From Psilocybe cubensis (taxonomy: Eukaryota): DNA of 64,000 nucleotides. This document shows, in pieces, positions 1 to 15,535 of this stretch; within the stretch, counting starts at the first letter, position 1, and every line of letters starts with the position of its first letter. The stretch is from positions 1,178,001-1,242,000 of the forward strand of contig CM039008.1 of assembly GCA_017499595.2 (NCBI GenBank). The letters run 5' to 3'. The notes under the pieces were generated by a model that did no database searches, had not been told where the DNA came from, and worked only from the letters and a program-made list of their open reading frames with translations. The position numbers and the translations under genes were made by a program.

Positions 1-2850
1 TCGTATTCGTTGTGCAACACCATTCCTTCTCTCGTACACTATAATCCCTCATCACATATGCGCGATCGAATTCCCCCATGCCTCCTTTACAGGATTGTAT
101 GTTGCAATCGCTCGACTTTTGATAGTCGCTTACACTCTTTCTTTGCGGAACTTGGTTTTATCGATTAAATACAACCTCTTTTCATATACTCCCTGCTTTC
201 GTCACTTTGCACACGCTTTCCATGTTCTTGATCATGCTCTGTTGTGAAATTGACTGTACTCCTCCGAACAACGTTTGCAGATGAAAATACATGCACCCGA
301 AATCTTGGGTTTGGTATAGGGGCTGTTAGATGGTGTTAGAACTGTGCCACGGAGAAATAATCCGCTGAAGTGCGCCGACGACGTAGATCCATGTTGTGGA
401 TCATGACCACGCGACACCGAGTCTGCAGTCAGGCATATACCGACTGAAGTAATTAATTGATCGCTGTACTTACGTCCGTCAACGTCCGTGTTGGCAATTG
501 CAAACGCGCTGTGCACAGTGTCATTGCCAACGACAGATTATTTTCGATCAGTCTCGTGCTGCAGTCCGAGATAATTCCATAAAAACATTTTTGTTGGCCC
601 GTTCCAATAATAGACTATGTGCAGCAGAGGCTGCAATGTGCACTGCAACTCTATGAGGCTCTGATAACTCCTGCCTGACCAGAGATCCTTTAAAAGACCA
701 TGTGGCTATTATGATCCATCCATGACACAATGACGACGCGACGCTGAAGATATCACGATAGTGCCCTGTGCCAGCTACGGGTCACAAGCGGCATTCGTTC
801 TCCTCGGTTTACTTCACCGTATGACTATAGGAATAAGACAGGATTCTGGTCTTTGCTAGCTTAGAACTTCTCTAGATGAAATTATCAGCCATTCGGAGAA
901 GGTTTGAAGACTTTTCGGTCTAAATGACTGCGCACATCGAACGCGTGATGACGCTATTGAGAAACACTCGAAACGGTCAACAAAGTATAAGTGTTATCAA
1001 TTGGCTCAAGATAATATTGCGATACGAGATAAGTGACGAACAGGAAAGCTCAACTTTTATTACAGGAAAGGGAACGACTGAGAGCAAAATGGCACAGAAA
1101 CGTGTCCATTATCCATTCGGCTCGTGCAGGTATTAGTACTAGCTTGAAACTCCTTGGTATTCCCGGTATGTGTGATGCTGAATTACAAGGTAAAGCTATT
1201 TCTGTGATTGTCCATTAATTTAGGCAACACTCCAATTTCAGGATTTAGCGCCATTGAGGATAACGAGAAGAAAATAGCAAGGATCTGTTTACTTGATATA
1301 GCGCGTCAATTTTTGCAACGATGCAAGTAACATGACGGTCCTTAGAGATCGAAAAGCAAGTAAAAATGGCAGGGTTCCATAGCATGCCGACAGACACTTC
1401 CTAAGTCTCATATTTCACGCCACGACACGAGGTTCTCGACACAGTGTACCGTATAAGAAATGATGAGGACTGTCTGAATCAGTGATGGAGACCATATTAT
1501 GATCACGACCTTGCAACACGTTTAATAGCGTAGATGAGTGGTGTACCCAGTTTCTCGTGTGATTGTCAAACAAGTACCCGAATCGCAACTTCCTATTCGA
1601 CGTCGACGGTGCAATTGATGAGATACGTCCTGATGCGTCGTTGCCCCGAGAGAAGCGTGTCATTCCGCTCGGATGGAGGTCAAAAGAATGAGAATAAGAA
1701 GGTATCCGGCCGCTTTGTAAGACTTAAGTCCTGAAGAAAAGAAGAATGATACTGTGTGAAATCAGCAGATATGGTTACTTCCCAGGTGATAAGGAATAGG
1801 ACAATGGTATCGTGTCTGAGATAATGGACTCTGGATGCCTTTTCAACAGACTTTACAGTAAAATGGCAGTTCGTATGACTTGGTCACCGGAATGCTTCGA
1901 GTCCATTGCATCCTACCAGAACTATATGGCACTTCAATGGGGCATAGTCATAGCCTTGAAGCTTGAGGATTGAGGCCTGAGGATTGAATTGAAGGAAAAG
2001 GTGGTAGCCTCACGTGGTTCCGGTTTTATGCTCTTGTGACAAATATTTGCAGATGTGTGGATGGCTTTGAACGAACGGGTTTGACCTTCGTCGACGAACC
2101 TAGCTACCTCGGAACTGGTCTGCAGCTTCTCATCCGAATGATATCTACCATGTGCGCCCCCCGACTTCTATCTGTGCTTTATCTATTACTTTCTGAGTCC
2201 TGAGGCTTTCAGAGCGCGCACGAGGTTCTTGGATCATCCTTTCCTTCTTATCGCGGAATTGTTCGGGTGACGAAATCATACCTGTAACCCAGTAAAGAGT
2301 ATGCAGAAGATTTTTGGACTACTAGGTTCAAACGTCTGTCTCAATATTGATCGAATATCAGTCGCCGTGGACCCCAGCGTGGTAGATGTTCCCGCTACAC
2401 GCCAGACTATACCGAACAAAGGCAGAGCGACCCATACGCTAGACCGTGATTTGGTTAGCAACCAAACCTGGTATAAATTTTCGCGGCAGAATACGGTAAT
2501 ATACTTACATCTGATGAATACAAGCCTCTAAAGATATCTTTCCCCGACGCATGGACTATCATCGCCTGATCCTACCTACCTCGCTCTTCTACTATTGCTG
2601 AGCCGTCTGTTCCGCACAAACCTGGCAACGACTGTCGAGCTGAGACTGTGAAGAACCATGTGGCTGACCATTAAAACGAAAGAATGACAAGATAACCACA
2701 TGTCTTTTTGAAAACTTCTCTTCCCTCTGCAAGATTCAGGAAGCCTAGAGGGATAGAGGTACAAATAGTCAGAAAATGGGAGGTATCCTGTCACTTTCCA
2801 AGCAGGCCTAGCGCTCCTCCGGCACTTGTGCCTTCATATAACAGCTCAAG

Positions 2851-5210
<2,360 letters not shown>

Positions 5211-5709
5211 GTGCACTTTTTCCGTATTGCTGTTATGTGAAACGCAATCGCATCCTGATTGTGTCTGTGCATAGTATTTACCCAGTTATTGGTTATTTTG
5301 AGAATCAATATTTATGTATACCCGCAAATATATCCATTTCCCAAACAGTCCAATGTGGAAGCATCGCCACCTGTCTGTTGGCAGTTGATGTTGAAGGAGG
5401 AATTGTGTTATTGGATAGTTCTTTGCTCCTTTCTTCAAGTTATCAAGATATTTTCCAAGGTCTGAGACTCTTTCAAGTCATGGGAGAACGATAAAGAATT
5501 TTTAAAATGTAATAAATAGCAACGGATGCGTCTTCCAAGTCCAAATGCCAATGCCAGGTGCTTTCATGAGTGAAGATGTACTGGGACCTAGATAAGATTA
5601 GATTTAGATTAGATCATGTAAAATCTATTTATACTACTGTACAAGTCACACAAAGTGACGGCATTGGGGTAACGCGAGTGTGACAATATTCTGAAAATCG
5701 TTTTCTGCA

Positions 5710-8700
5710 ATGAACTCCACCGATCTGTTTTCGTTCCTTGAAGGAGGAGCAGAGGATGATGAATTCGACAACCAGGACTCTATACCAGTAAACGAGCCTC
5801 CTCAAACCTCAAAAGCTGCTCAGAAACGAAAAGCGAGCTCCAGTCCCCCACCACCAAAAGCCCAACAAGAAACCAACGGCGACATAGACTCCAGTACCAT
5901 TAATGGCGCTGGCCCTTCAGAACCCAAAAAAGCCCGAATTTCGTCTCCGAAACCAGTTGTACTTGATGATTTCGAGACAGAGGCAAAGCGTGAAGTAGCA
6001 GCAAGCGCTGGGTTGGATAGCGGCTCCGCTGAAGCCGGTTCGCGTCTGGAGTTGAGGCATCAAGTGAGTTCCTTGTTGGTGTGGATTGTCGCTTTCTTAC
6101 GCATCTCTCTAGGTCAGACATCAAGTAGCTGTTCCTCCTGGTTACAATTACACTCCAATATCTAAACATGTCCCACCTGCGAAACCAGACCGCGAATACA
6201 AGTTCGAACTCGATCCTTTCCAGAGGGTGTCGGTGTACGCTATTCAGAGGAATGAAAGCGTTCTTGTATCTGCTCATACTAGTGCTGGAAAGACTGTCGT
6301 AGCAGAATATGCCATCGCTCAATGTTTAAATCGAAAACAGAGAGTCATTTATACCAGTCCTATCAAGGTTCTTTATTCATTTAAGTACTGAAGCGTGATT
6401 TATTTACATGGATATTCTTTAGGCTTTAAGCAATCAAAAGTACCGCGAAATGTTGGCTGAGTTCGGAGACGTTGGACTCATGACTGGAGACGTAACTATC
6501 AATCCCTCTGCAACCTGCTTGGTGATGACTACGGAGGCATGCAAATTATTTTTTTCTTAAAAGTTTGCGGAACTAACGCGCCACCAGATTCTAAGATCAA
6601 TGCTGTATCGAGGCTCTGAAATTATGCGTGAAGTAGCTTGGGTGATCTTCGACGAAATTCATTACATGCGCGACAAAGAACGTGGTGTCGTATGGGAAGA
6701 GACTATCATTCTTCTCCCTCACACTGTCCGATACGTCTTCCTTTCTGCCACCATCCCTAATGCTATGCAATTCGCCGAATGGATTTGCAAATCTCATGAA
6801 CAACCATGTCACGTAGTTTACACCGACTTCCGGCCCACACCTCTTCAACATTATCTTTTCCCTGCAGGCGGTGAAGGCATTTACCTTGTAGTAAATGAGA
6901 AGGGGGAATTCCGAGAGGATAATTTCAGCAAGGCTATGGGCAAAATCCAGGATGGGTTGGGAGAGGACCCGGCTGATTCCAAAGGCGGTAAAGGCAAAAA
7001 AGGAAAGACTAAGAAGGGAGGGGACAAGAAAGGTGAATATCATATCTAAGCATCTTCCTATGTCGTGTGTTGAAAAAGTTACAGGGCCATCCGATATATC
7101 TAAGATTATCAAGGTCATCATGAAGAAAAATTATAATCCAGTTATCGTCTTCTCCTTCAGCAAACGAGAATGTGAAGGCCTGGCACTCACACTATCCAAA
7201 TTTGAATTCAATTCCACCGAAGAACAGGACCTCGTCAGTAATATCTTCAATAACGCCATTGAAAATCTCTCGCAGGATGACAGGCAGCTACCACAAATTG
7301 CCAACCTCCTCCCTCTCCTCCGCCGTGGCATTGGTATCCATCATGGTGGTCTTCTACCCATCCTCAAAGAGGTGATCGAGATTCTCTTCCAAGAGGGTCT
7401 CATCAAAGTCCTCTTTGCTACCGAGACGTTCTCCATCGGCCTCAACATGCCCGCCAAAACTGTAGTCTTCACGGCTACAAGAAAGTTCGATGGGCGCGAG
7501 TTCCGTAACATCTCTTCAGGTGAATATATCCAAATGTCGGGGCGTGCCGGACGAAGAGGGTTGGATGATCGTGGAGTTGTGATCATGATGTGCGATGAAA
7601 AGCTGGAGCCATCTGCAGCGAAGGAGATGGTGAAAGGAGAAGCTGACAGATTGGACTCTGCCTTCCATTTGGGCTATAACATGGTTCTGAACCTTATGAA
7701 GGTAGAAGGCATCAGCCCCGAGTTTATGCTGGAAAGATGTTTCTTCCAATTCCAAAGCAGTGCAGGAATACCTGCCCTCGAGGATGGTAAGCGCGGTTTT
7801 GTCCGTGTGATATTCTTCTCTGACCTTTCTTTTTTATAGAATTGAAGAAAGAGGAAGAGACTAAATCTTCAACAAACATCCCAGACGAGCACCTTGTATC
7901 ACAGTACTACGACTATCGACAGCAGCTCGACCAAATGACGGCCGATTTCAGAGAAGTCATTACCCACCCGTCGTATTCCTTGCCGTTCCTTCAACCTGGT
8001 CGACTCGTCAAGGTCAGGCACCAAAAGCTTGACTTCGGCTGGGGAATCATTATCAACTACGAAAAAAGATTAGCACCTAAAGTCCGTCTCTGCTTGTCGG
8101 CTACACCCGTTTTTACCTCACTCATCGCCTTTGGCGTGTGTTTCTAGAATAAACTTGGCCCTAAACCTGAAGAACTCCCGCCCCATGAGCAGTATATTGT
8201 CGACGTTCTGCTCAACTGCGCTCCAGGTGGCACACTTCCCAAAGACAGATCAGGATTGACGCCAACACCTGGTGGTATCCAGCCTTGTCCCCCAGGGCAG
8301 AAAGGTGTCCCATTGGTGGTTCCTGTCCTTCTTTCAACATTAGATGGTATCAGCCATGTTCGAGTCTTCCTCCCCAAAGATCTACGTCAAGATCAGGCCC
8401 GCGAGACGTTATGGAAGACCATGCTAGAGGTCCATCGACGTTTCCCAGATGGTATCACCCTGCTGGATCCAATAGAGAATATGGGCATAAAAGACGAAAA
8501 ATTCAAGGAACTCGTCAAAGTAAGTGCATGCCAATTTGTTTATGGAGCTGAGACGCCACGTACCAACTGGAATTCTGTAGAAAATTGCCGCGATGGAGCA
8601 AAAGATGTTCTCTAGCCCCCTACACAAAGACCCACGGCTACCTGAGCTGTACACACTCTACTCCAAGAAGAAAGAAAGCCAAGAGCGCATCCGAAACCTC

Positions 8701-9453
8701 AAGAAGCGCATACAAGCAACGCACGACGTGCTACAGCTTGAGGAGCTCAAGTGCCGTAAGCGTGTGCTACGGCGCCTCGCGTTCACTGACGCGTCCGACA
8801 TCGTCGACATGAAGGGTAGAGTCGCGTGCGAGATTAGCTCGGGTGATGAATTGCTCTTGACGGAACTTATATTTAATGGTGTCTTCAACTCCCTTGGACC
8901 GGAGCAATGTGCTGCCCTCTTAAGCTGTTTTGTCTTCACTGAAAAGGTGCGTATCTCTTTGGATTACTACTCCTTCATTCTTCATTTTTTTGGCTTTAGA
9001 GCGAACAAGCTACCAAGCTTAAGGAGGAACTGGCCGCCCCTCTCCGAGTGATGCAGGAAATCGCTAGACGGATAGCCAAAGTGTCCAAGGAGTCCAAGCT
9101 TACCATCGACGAAGATGAATATGTCTCTTCGTTCAAGGTCGAGCTGATGGACGCCGTCATGCAATGGTGTCGTGGTGCATCCTTCTCAGAGATCTGCAAG
9201 GTCCGTCCCGTCCTATCATATTTCCTTCTTGTCGCAAACACACGTTTGCTGATGATGATTCATCCTCTAGCTCACGGATCAATTTGAAGGAAGTCTTATC
9301 CGTGTGTTCAGACGGTTGGGCGAGCTTCTCCGTCAGATGGCTCAAGCCGCCAAAGTAATAGGCAATTCAGAACTAAAGGAGAAGTTTGAAAAGGCATCGG
9401 AACTCCTAGAGAGACCCAACTCGGTGATATTCTGCTCATCTTTGTATCTCTAA
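5710..9453 (+). CDS. MTR4: Ski2-like DExH RNA helicase Mtr4 (TRAMP/exosome cofactor); multi-exon, includes a GC-AG intron at 6537-6587
   Basis: [46 protein letters not shown]/arch region; DSHCT C-terminus ending [10 protein letters not shown]. Confidence 0.95.
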
Positions 9454-9788
9454 AACTTTATGTATCCTTCTACTCTTGGCCTTTTATATTTGGTTGCTTT
9501 TCTTGCTGGATACTTACTTGCTATTCCCCTGATATACCACTCGGTGAGGTTTAATCAAAATAATAATGAGCAAACATTTTGTACAAAATTGTGATGCTAT
9601 TTAATGCGAGCAATTCGGGAATCTTTTCTTTCTTTCTTTCCAACAACGTGCCGCTAATTCTTGAGACAGAAAATGTACCCGACATGTGTAACGAACCTTC
9701 CCACTATGAGGGTGGAGTTACGGAGCGAGGTTCAATCTACTGCAACTTGAATCTACAAAATACAGAGAATGATTAGAACACCGACGCT

Positions 9789-11832
9789 CTATATCCTTGA
9801 TTGGAAAGTAAATGCGAACCCGAGGTTGGCCCTGAACTGGTCAGCTGCGCTGGCCGGCGCGACCTTGAGAGGCGGGACGCTAGGGTGGCCGATGGCAGCT
9901 GCGATGCGGTCTGAGAGGCCTTGGTCGACGGCAGCCCATACGGACACTACATGATACAGAGTCAAACTTTTTTTATTATTGTGAATGGTGGTTTATGAAC
10001 TTACGTTGCCTGGCCTTGACGGTCGCGTTCTTGACGTTCTTAAAGTGACCAACGACATTGTTGACATACGCCGCTTTCTCCTTCTCACCCCAGACTTTGG
10101 TCCACAAAGCGCGTGGTTGCTCGAAATCGACTGTATACACGCAACAAATCAGAAACGATGAACAGAAAGGCGCATAGATATTGATAGTATGACGCACGTT
10201 CGGTAATGACGCTCAGGTCACGCCAAGCGCCGCCAATGAAGGCTTCGTGGCGCGCAAGGCGCTCAACATCACGAGCACTGTAGTCGATACCCGCTGGAGG
10301 CGCCTTGTACAGCAATGGTTGGATGCTGCTTTGGTAGTTGGGTGCGCTGCCTTGGGAAATGAAAGTCATGGCACCAGCGCGCTGGAAGTTGTTGACGGGG
10401 GCAACGGGGGCATTGACCGGCAGTTGCTGGTAGTTGACTCCCAGACGGTGGCGGTGGGTATCAGGGTACGAGAACAAGCGGGATTGAAGAACAGGGTCAG
10501 CCGACGGCTCGATGTATGGGATAAGGTGAGAAGGTGAGAACGCAGCCTAAAGTCAAATGAATGGTTGGTGAGTAACCTCTGGGTTTAATTTGAAGAATTA
10601 TAGATAATAGAAATAGAACTGCACCTGTTCAATTTCCGCGAAGTAATTTTGAGGATTTTCGTTGAGAACGAACTTTCCGAATGGACGTAATGGGAATTCC
10701 GAGTGTGGCCAAACTTTCGTAAGGTCAAGAATGTTGTAGCGGAATTTCTCAGCTTGTTCCACAGTCATGGTTTGCTATTTTTAGAAGAAGCTTCATCAAA
10801 GTCGATCGCGTGTATAATTAATGTCCTGCACTCACGACGTATACGGTCCAGGATGGGTAATTGCCCGATTCAATAGCATTGAAAAGAGACTCGATACCGT
10901 ATTCCGGGTTCTCACCAGCAAGCTTAGTGGCTGTGGCATCGTCGAGAGTCTGAGATCAGGAAGGTTCGGTAATTATATGCATCCGGATAAGGTGAGACGA
11001 TTGAGTATACCTTGAATCCCTTATCTGCCCGGACATGAACCTGAGTATACACGAAGGTTCCGTCGTCCTTGAGCCACTTGAACGTGTGTCCGGAATAACC
11101 GTGCATGTTGTGGTAACCGTCTGGAGTTCCACGGTCAGAGAAGAGAATCATAATTTGATGGATGGATTCTGGGTTTTGGGAGAGATAATCCTAAATAAAC
11201 AATGAATAAAAATTTGTACCGAGTGACAAAGATGAGAATTTACCCAGAACATATCAGCATCTTTCAAGTGGGACTGTGGGTGTCTCTTTTGGGTGTGGAT
11301 GAAGTGGGGGAACTTGGCCGGGTCACGAATGAAGAAGACTGGGGTGTTGTTGAAAACCCAGTCCCAGTTGCCCTCATCAGTCCTTAACTTGAGAGCGAAT
11401 CCACGAGGATCACGAGCAGTATCAGCAGATCCTGACTCGCCTCCGACGGTAGAAAAGCGAGCAGTAACTCGAACTTTCTTGCCGACGGACTTCAAGAGAG
11501 GGGCCGAAGTTATGTCACTGAGATCGTGAGTGACCTCGAAGTAGCCGTGAGCACCAGCAGCTTTGGCATGGACCTAGGATACCTGAGCATCGAAGAACCA
11601 TGAAAGAAAGACAACACTTACGACACGCTCAGGGATACGCTCGCGATCGAAGTGAGCAAGGAGATCGATGTGGTGGAAGTCTTAATTAATGTGCGGGGTA
11701 AGGGGCTGATGGCGATCAGGTACAGCGATCAGGCTTACCTTGGAGAAGAAGAGGCCCGTTGATGCCAGCGCGTTGGGCGGCATAGGGCTCGTTGACTGCA
11801 GCGCCGTTGGAGGTGGTGTATACAGCGGACAT
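9789..11832 (-). CDS. Small-subunit monofunctional heme catalase, possibly peroxisomal (ends -SRI); multi-exon
   Basis: [67 protein letters not shown] heme-ligand motif. Confidence 0.95.
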
Positions 11833-13537
11833 GATGGAAAGAAAGATGGAGAATATGGGGTTCAAGTGGACGAGTTTCTTTATATACTGGCTCTCCCCAT
11901 CCTCCCATTCTTCAGATCGAAGCACCAGATCTTTCCACGTGATCGAGGAATGATCAGTAAGGCTTATAATCCTTGCCTTCTGATTGGACAAAGAACTTCA
12001 TTTCAAATCCATCCTCCCACAAGAACGGCGCTTGCCCTCGCCTCAGAGACTGATGCCGTCCATGGCTTTATTAAAGGTGGCTCAAGGTTAACAGGTTCCT
12101 TCCACCTTTTCAACAATTCATACCACTTCTCATGTCAGGGCTTCATGTCTCCAAGTCGGCTTAACATGACCCACATTTTCAAGCGTGGTCCATGCTTAAG
12201 TCTGGACAGGACTTCGATCATTCTCGAATGTACCATCGTTCTATAGCGAACTCCCTGTGACTTGGGGACGCCGTCACCGCGGCGAGTCACCGGACTGCTT
12301 AGATAATGATTATGTAATACTCCCGCGAATCTGATCTTTCGTTGACCTCCACCTTCATTCTGCCTCACTCCCCTTCATTCCCGCCTCCTGCTAACTCATC
12401 GCGCTGGGACCCGCCCTCGATCGCTCGCCGCTCGTCACTCTCCGGTCACCAGCTTTTCGCTGGTCGACCTCCGCTCCGGTCACAACAATTTCGTCCCCCA
12501 ACGCCGTCAATTCCCAAATACGTGTGCTCACGGGCACCCGCTTTCCTTGTTGGATTCGAGCGGCCGATCTGCGCAAAACGTGAGTGTTCTCTGTTCATTT
12601 TTTTGCTCGCTCTACCCCCCTTCTCCGTGCACTGGTGGATGGGAGCTGAGGAATGATCAGGCATGGTCATACACTCACTGCCTACCACCCGGTGTTCTTT
12701 TAACTCCACTGTATACTTTTTACTAATGCTGCTGACAATCTAACGATGTTAATCCCATATCTTCTCGCCCACTGGCTAATGTACGCCTCCGCTGCATTGT
12801 AGGCTTGACCCCAAGGATGTTTGTGGGGGTTAGCTTTTGGGCGGCATTGTTTGTATTATTTTTTGTGAGTTTCCTCTTCCTCCCATGTGCCGCTAACATT
12901 TATCATATCCATGTGTTACAGAAGACCTTGCTTTCAAATTCTTTATGTTTCTGGGTGGTGTGTTTGTGTGGCTATGGAGGGATTTGGGTATGGTGCGAGA
13001 GTTTGCGAACAATGTTGAGCGTGCGTTCGTTTTTCTTTCTTTTTCTGGTTTAATATAGTTGAAGAATTTTGTTGCCACTTAGAGAGATCTACGTCGTGGC
13101 GCGCGTCCACGGATCGCCACAATCTCTGCCATCGCCAGCTTGTGCTCCTACACGAGATGCTGAACAACTCCAACGCTGCCGCCATCATGGATGCGGAGGA
13201 GTCACATTTGTCTATCCCTGAAAGAAGACTCTATAATGCCTGCACGCCAGTTGTTACCAGCCATCAACCGTGATTGGCGGTGAGGTTAGCTTTTAGGTGT
13301 GGCGTTGTTTCTGAGCAGTAGAGTGGCATATTGTTTTTGTGAGTTAACAGTCCTACACCCCCTTCCCCTCCCCAATGCTCAGACGTTCACCGCTAGCGTT
13401 TATCTGGTAGAAATTCTGTGCTGTACCACTGCAGACCTCGCTTTCAAATAATCAAATAATTCCTTGTGTACATTAATCACTACTCTTTGTTACTTTTCTA
13501 CGCTGTTACATACTTGCTACGTCTGTTGAAGCCAGAA

Positions 13538-15353
13538 TTAATCCTGAGTCAGATCAATAACATTGGATGTAGATTGAATGTTCGAGACCTCGGTCTCGTC
13601 AGTCAAATCAATGACCTCAAAATGCCGAATGGAATTGTTTTGTTCTTCCATCGTGGAGCTGCTGCTGCTGGGTCTGCGCCTTCGACTGGGATTTATCTTC
13701 ATTCTTGTTACGGATTGAGAACCTGAGCAAGTGGTTAGTAGTATACAATGTGTAGGTCAGTTAGATAAAACTACCTTCGACTGTAGTATGTAACTCCTGG
13801 GGCAAAATACTCCGAGGAACCCAGACTCGAAATTGGTCAACCTCATTGGATTGGTTTGAGTGGAAACCCATCAATGTGACGAAGTTCTGAGCCGACACAA
13901 GCAATCGGGCATGTAACTCTGAAGCGTTGGGTTGTACACAGCCTTTGCGCTTGAGCAATTTACAGGTCAGAACCAAAGCTTGGGTATTTGGCGTAGCGAA
14001 AAGTTTCCGGGAAGAGTCGTATAATATGAGGGGCTAGAAGCAGCATGAGACCTTGTTTTGCACTCGTAAATGTGAATAGATGACTTACAGAATAAAGCAT
14101 TTGAAGAAAAATACCCTCCCAAACCTTGGCTTTGAACCTTTTCCTGAGTACATCCTCGGATCGCCATCCCAAGTGTGTCGACGAAACATCAATTAGGCCG
14201 GGAACTGATGGCTCTTGTAAAATCCACGGTTGAAATTTTTGACCTGGGGCAGAAGTTAGTGGATTCAAGTAAAGATCAAGAATGTCAAGGTCGGGGAAAG
14301 ATTCTGTGAGACGTTCGGACAGGACAGGTGAACGGCTATGTAGATGGCCATGGGAATTTGTCAATAATTCATGCTTGATTTCTGTGCGCCAGTGGTTGAG
14401 AAAATCCTGAAGAGCAACACCGCTTAACGTCTGGAATGCTTTGACAAGCTGATCCCCAAATCCGCACGATGCAAGAGCATGTGCATGGGACGGCCCAAAT
14501 CCTTTGAGACCCGCGCAATCGTAATCGCCACCACAGACTAGGGCAAATAAAACAAGTCCACCGGATGTTAATCCTAAATCCAAAAGATGCGAGTACGTGT
14601 AGGCAATCATTTCATCTTCAAAATGTCTTTCCTTGGTTGGAATGCTAATAAAATTTGATGTTCAATATCCAGTATACTGAGCAAGTTTGAAGAATGTTCT
14701 TACGTGCGGTATACTGTTTGTGCGCCAAAGACAAAAACATCACTATCGTTAGTGATGATTCCATCAATCAATCCTCTACGGTTTAGCATAGCTAATTCCG
14801 CTTCAGCCTCTCCGGGCGCCTATTTTGGAGTTAATATTAAATACAATTACACAGACAGCATGCAATACCTGGTGTATGTGATATCCGAATGCCCGAATGA
14901 TATCTTTAGATGGATTGGTCCAAAATGGGCTTTGGTTTACACGAACATTAGTCCCGCGTTTTATGAGAGGTCGACCAGGGCCATCATAAACAAATACTAG
15001 AGTCAAGGGATATTTGATGAATTCACACATTTTCATGAATAGAATGTGCAGTGCACCGCCATAGAATTGGCCACTGATTGTTGGTCCCTGTAGTGCTGCA
15101 ACACACTCGCTCATAAGTGTGCTTTTGATTCTAATTAAGACTAATAGATCAAAATTTTAAACCATGAAATACCTTATATCAACCCCAAGCTTCATCGCAA
15201 TTTTTCCGGAACTCTCTCGATGGTCAAGAGCAGTAGAGAGAATTGAGATCCTGCTTTCCGCTTCTTTGATTGTCTGTAGTAGCCAACTCAGCACACCAAG
15301 ACTCAGACATGACATTGAATGGTTCTTACTGGCCATAACCCATTAATTCCCAT
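13538..15353 (-). CDS. XPG/Rad2-family nuclease, GEN1/Yen1-like Holliday-junction resolvase; multi-exon
   Basis: MGINGLWP start; LGVDIS; VFVYDGPGRP..KRG; APGEAEAELAML; ITNDSDVFVFGA; H2TH motif GGDYDCAGLKGFG..AHALASCGFG; RVWVPRS C-terminal motif; two terminal VIDLT motifs; exons join in frame. Confidence 0.85.
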
Positions 15354-15535
15354 TGTCAATTATCAACTTGTCAATGTGATTTGCCGCTGTGTTGTGTGTA
15401 TGGATAAAAGAGATGTCAAATAACTCAGATTGGATTGTTGATATAAGAGTATGACCATTGTATTATGAGACTTCTCAAACTAAGTTACGTGCGGGCTCAA
15501 TACTACTAAGTAAGGTTACACTGTCATCGATTACA

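Noticed and set aside
1-2850. Short ORFs upstream of the chitinase
   Set aside because: No motifs or consistent exon chain; treated as intergenic or promoter DNA
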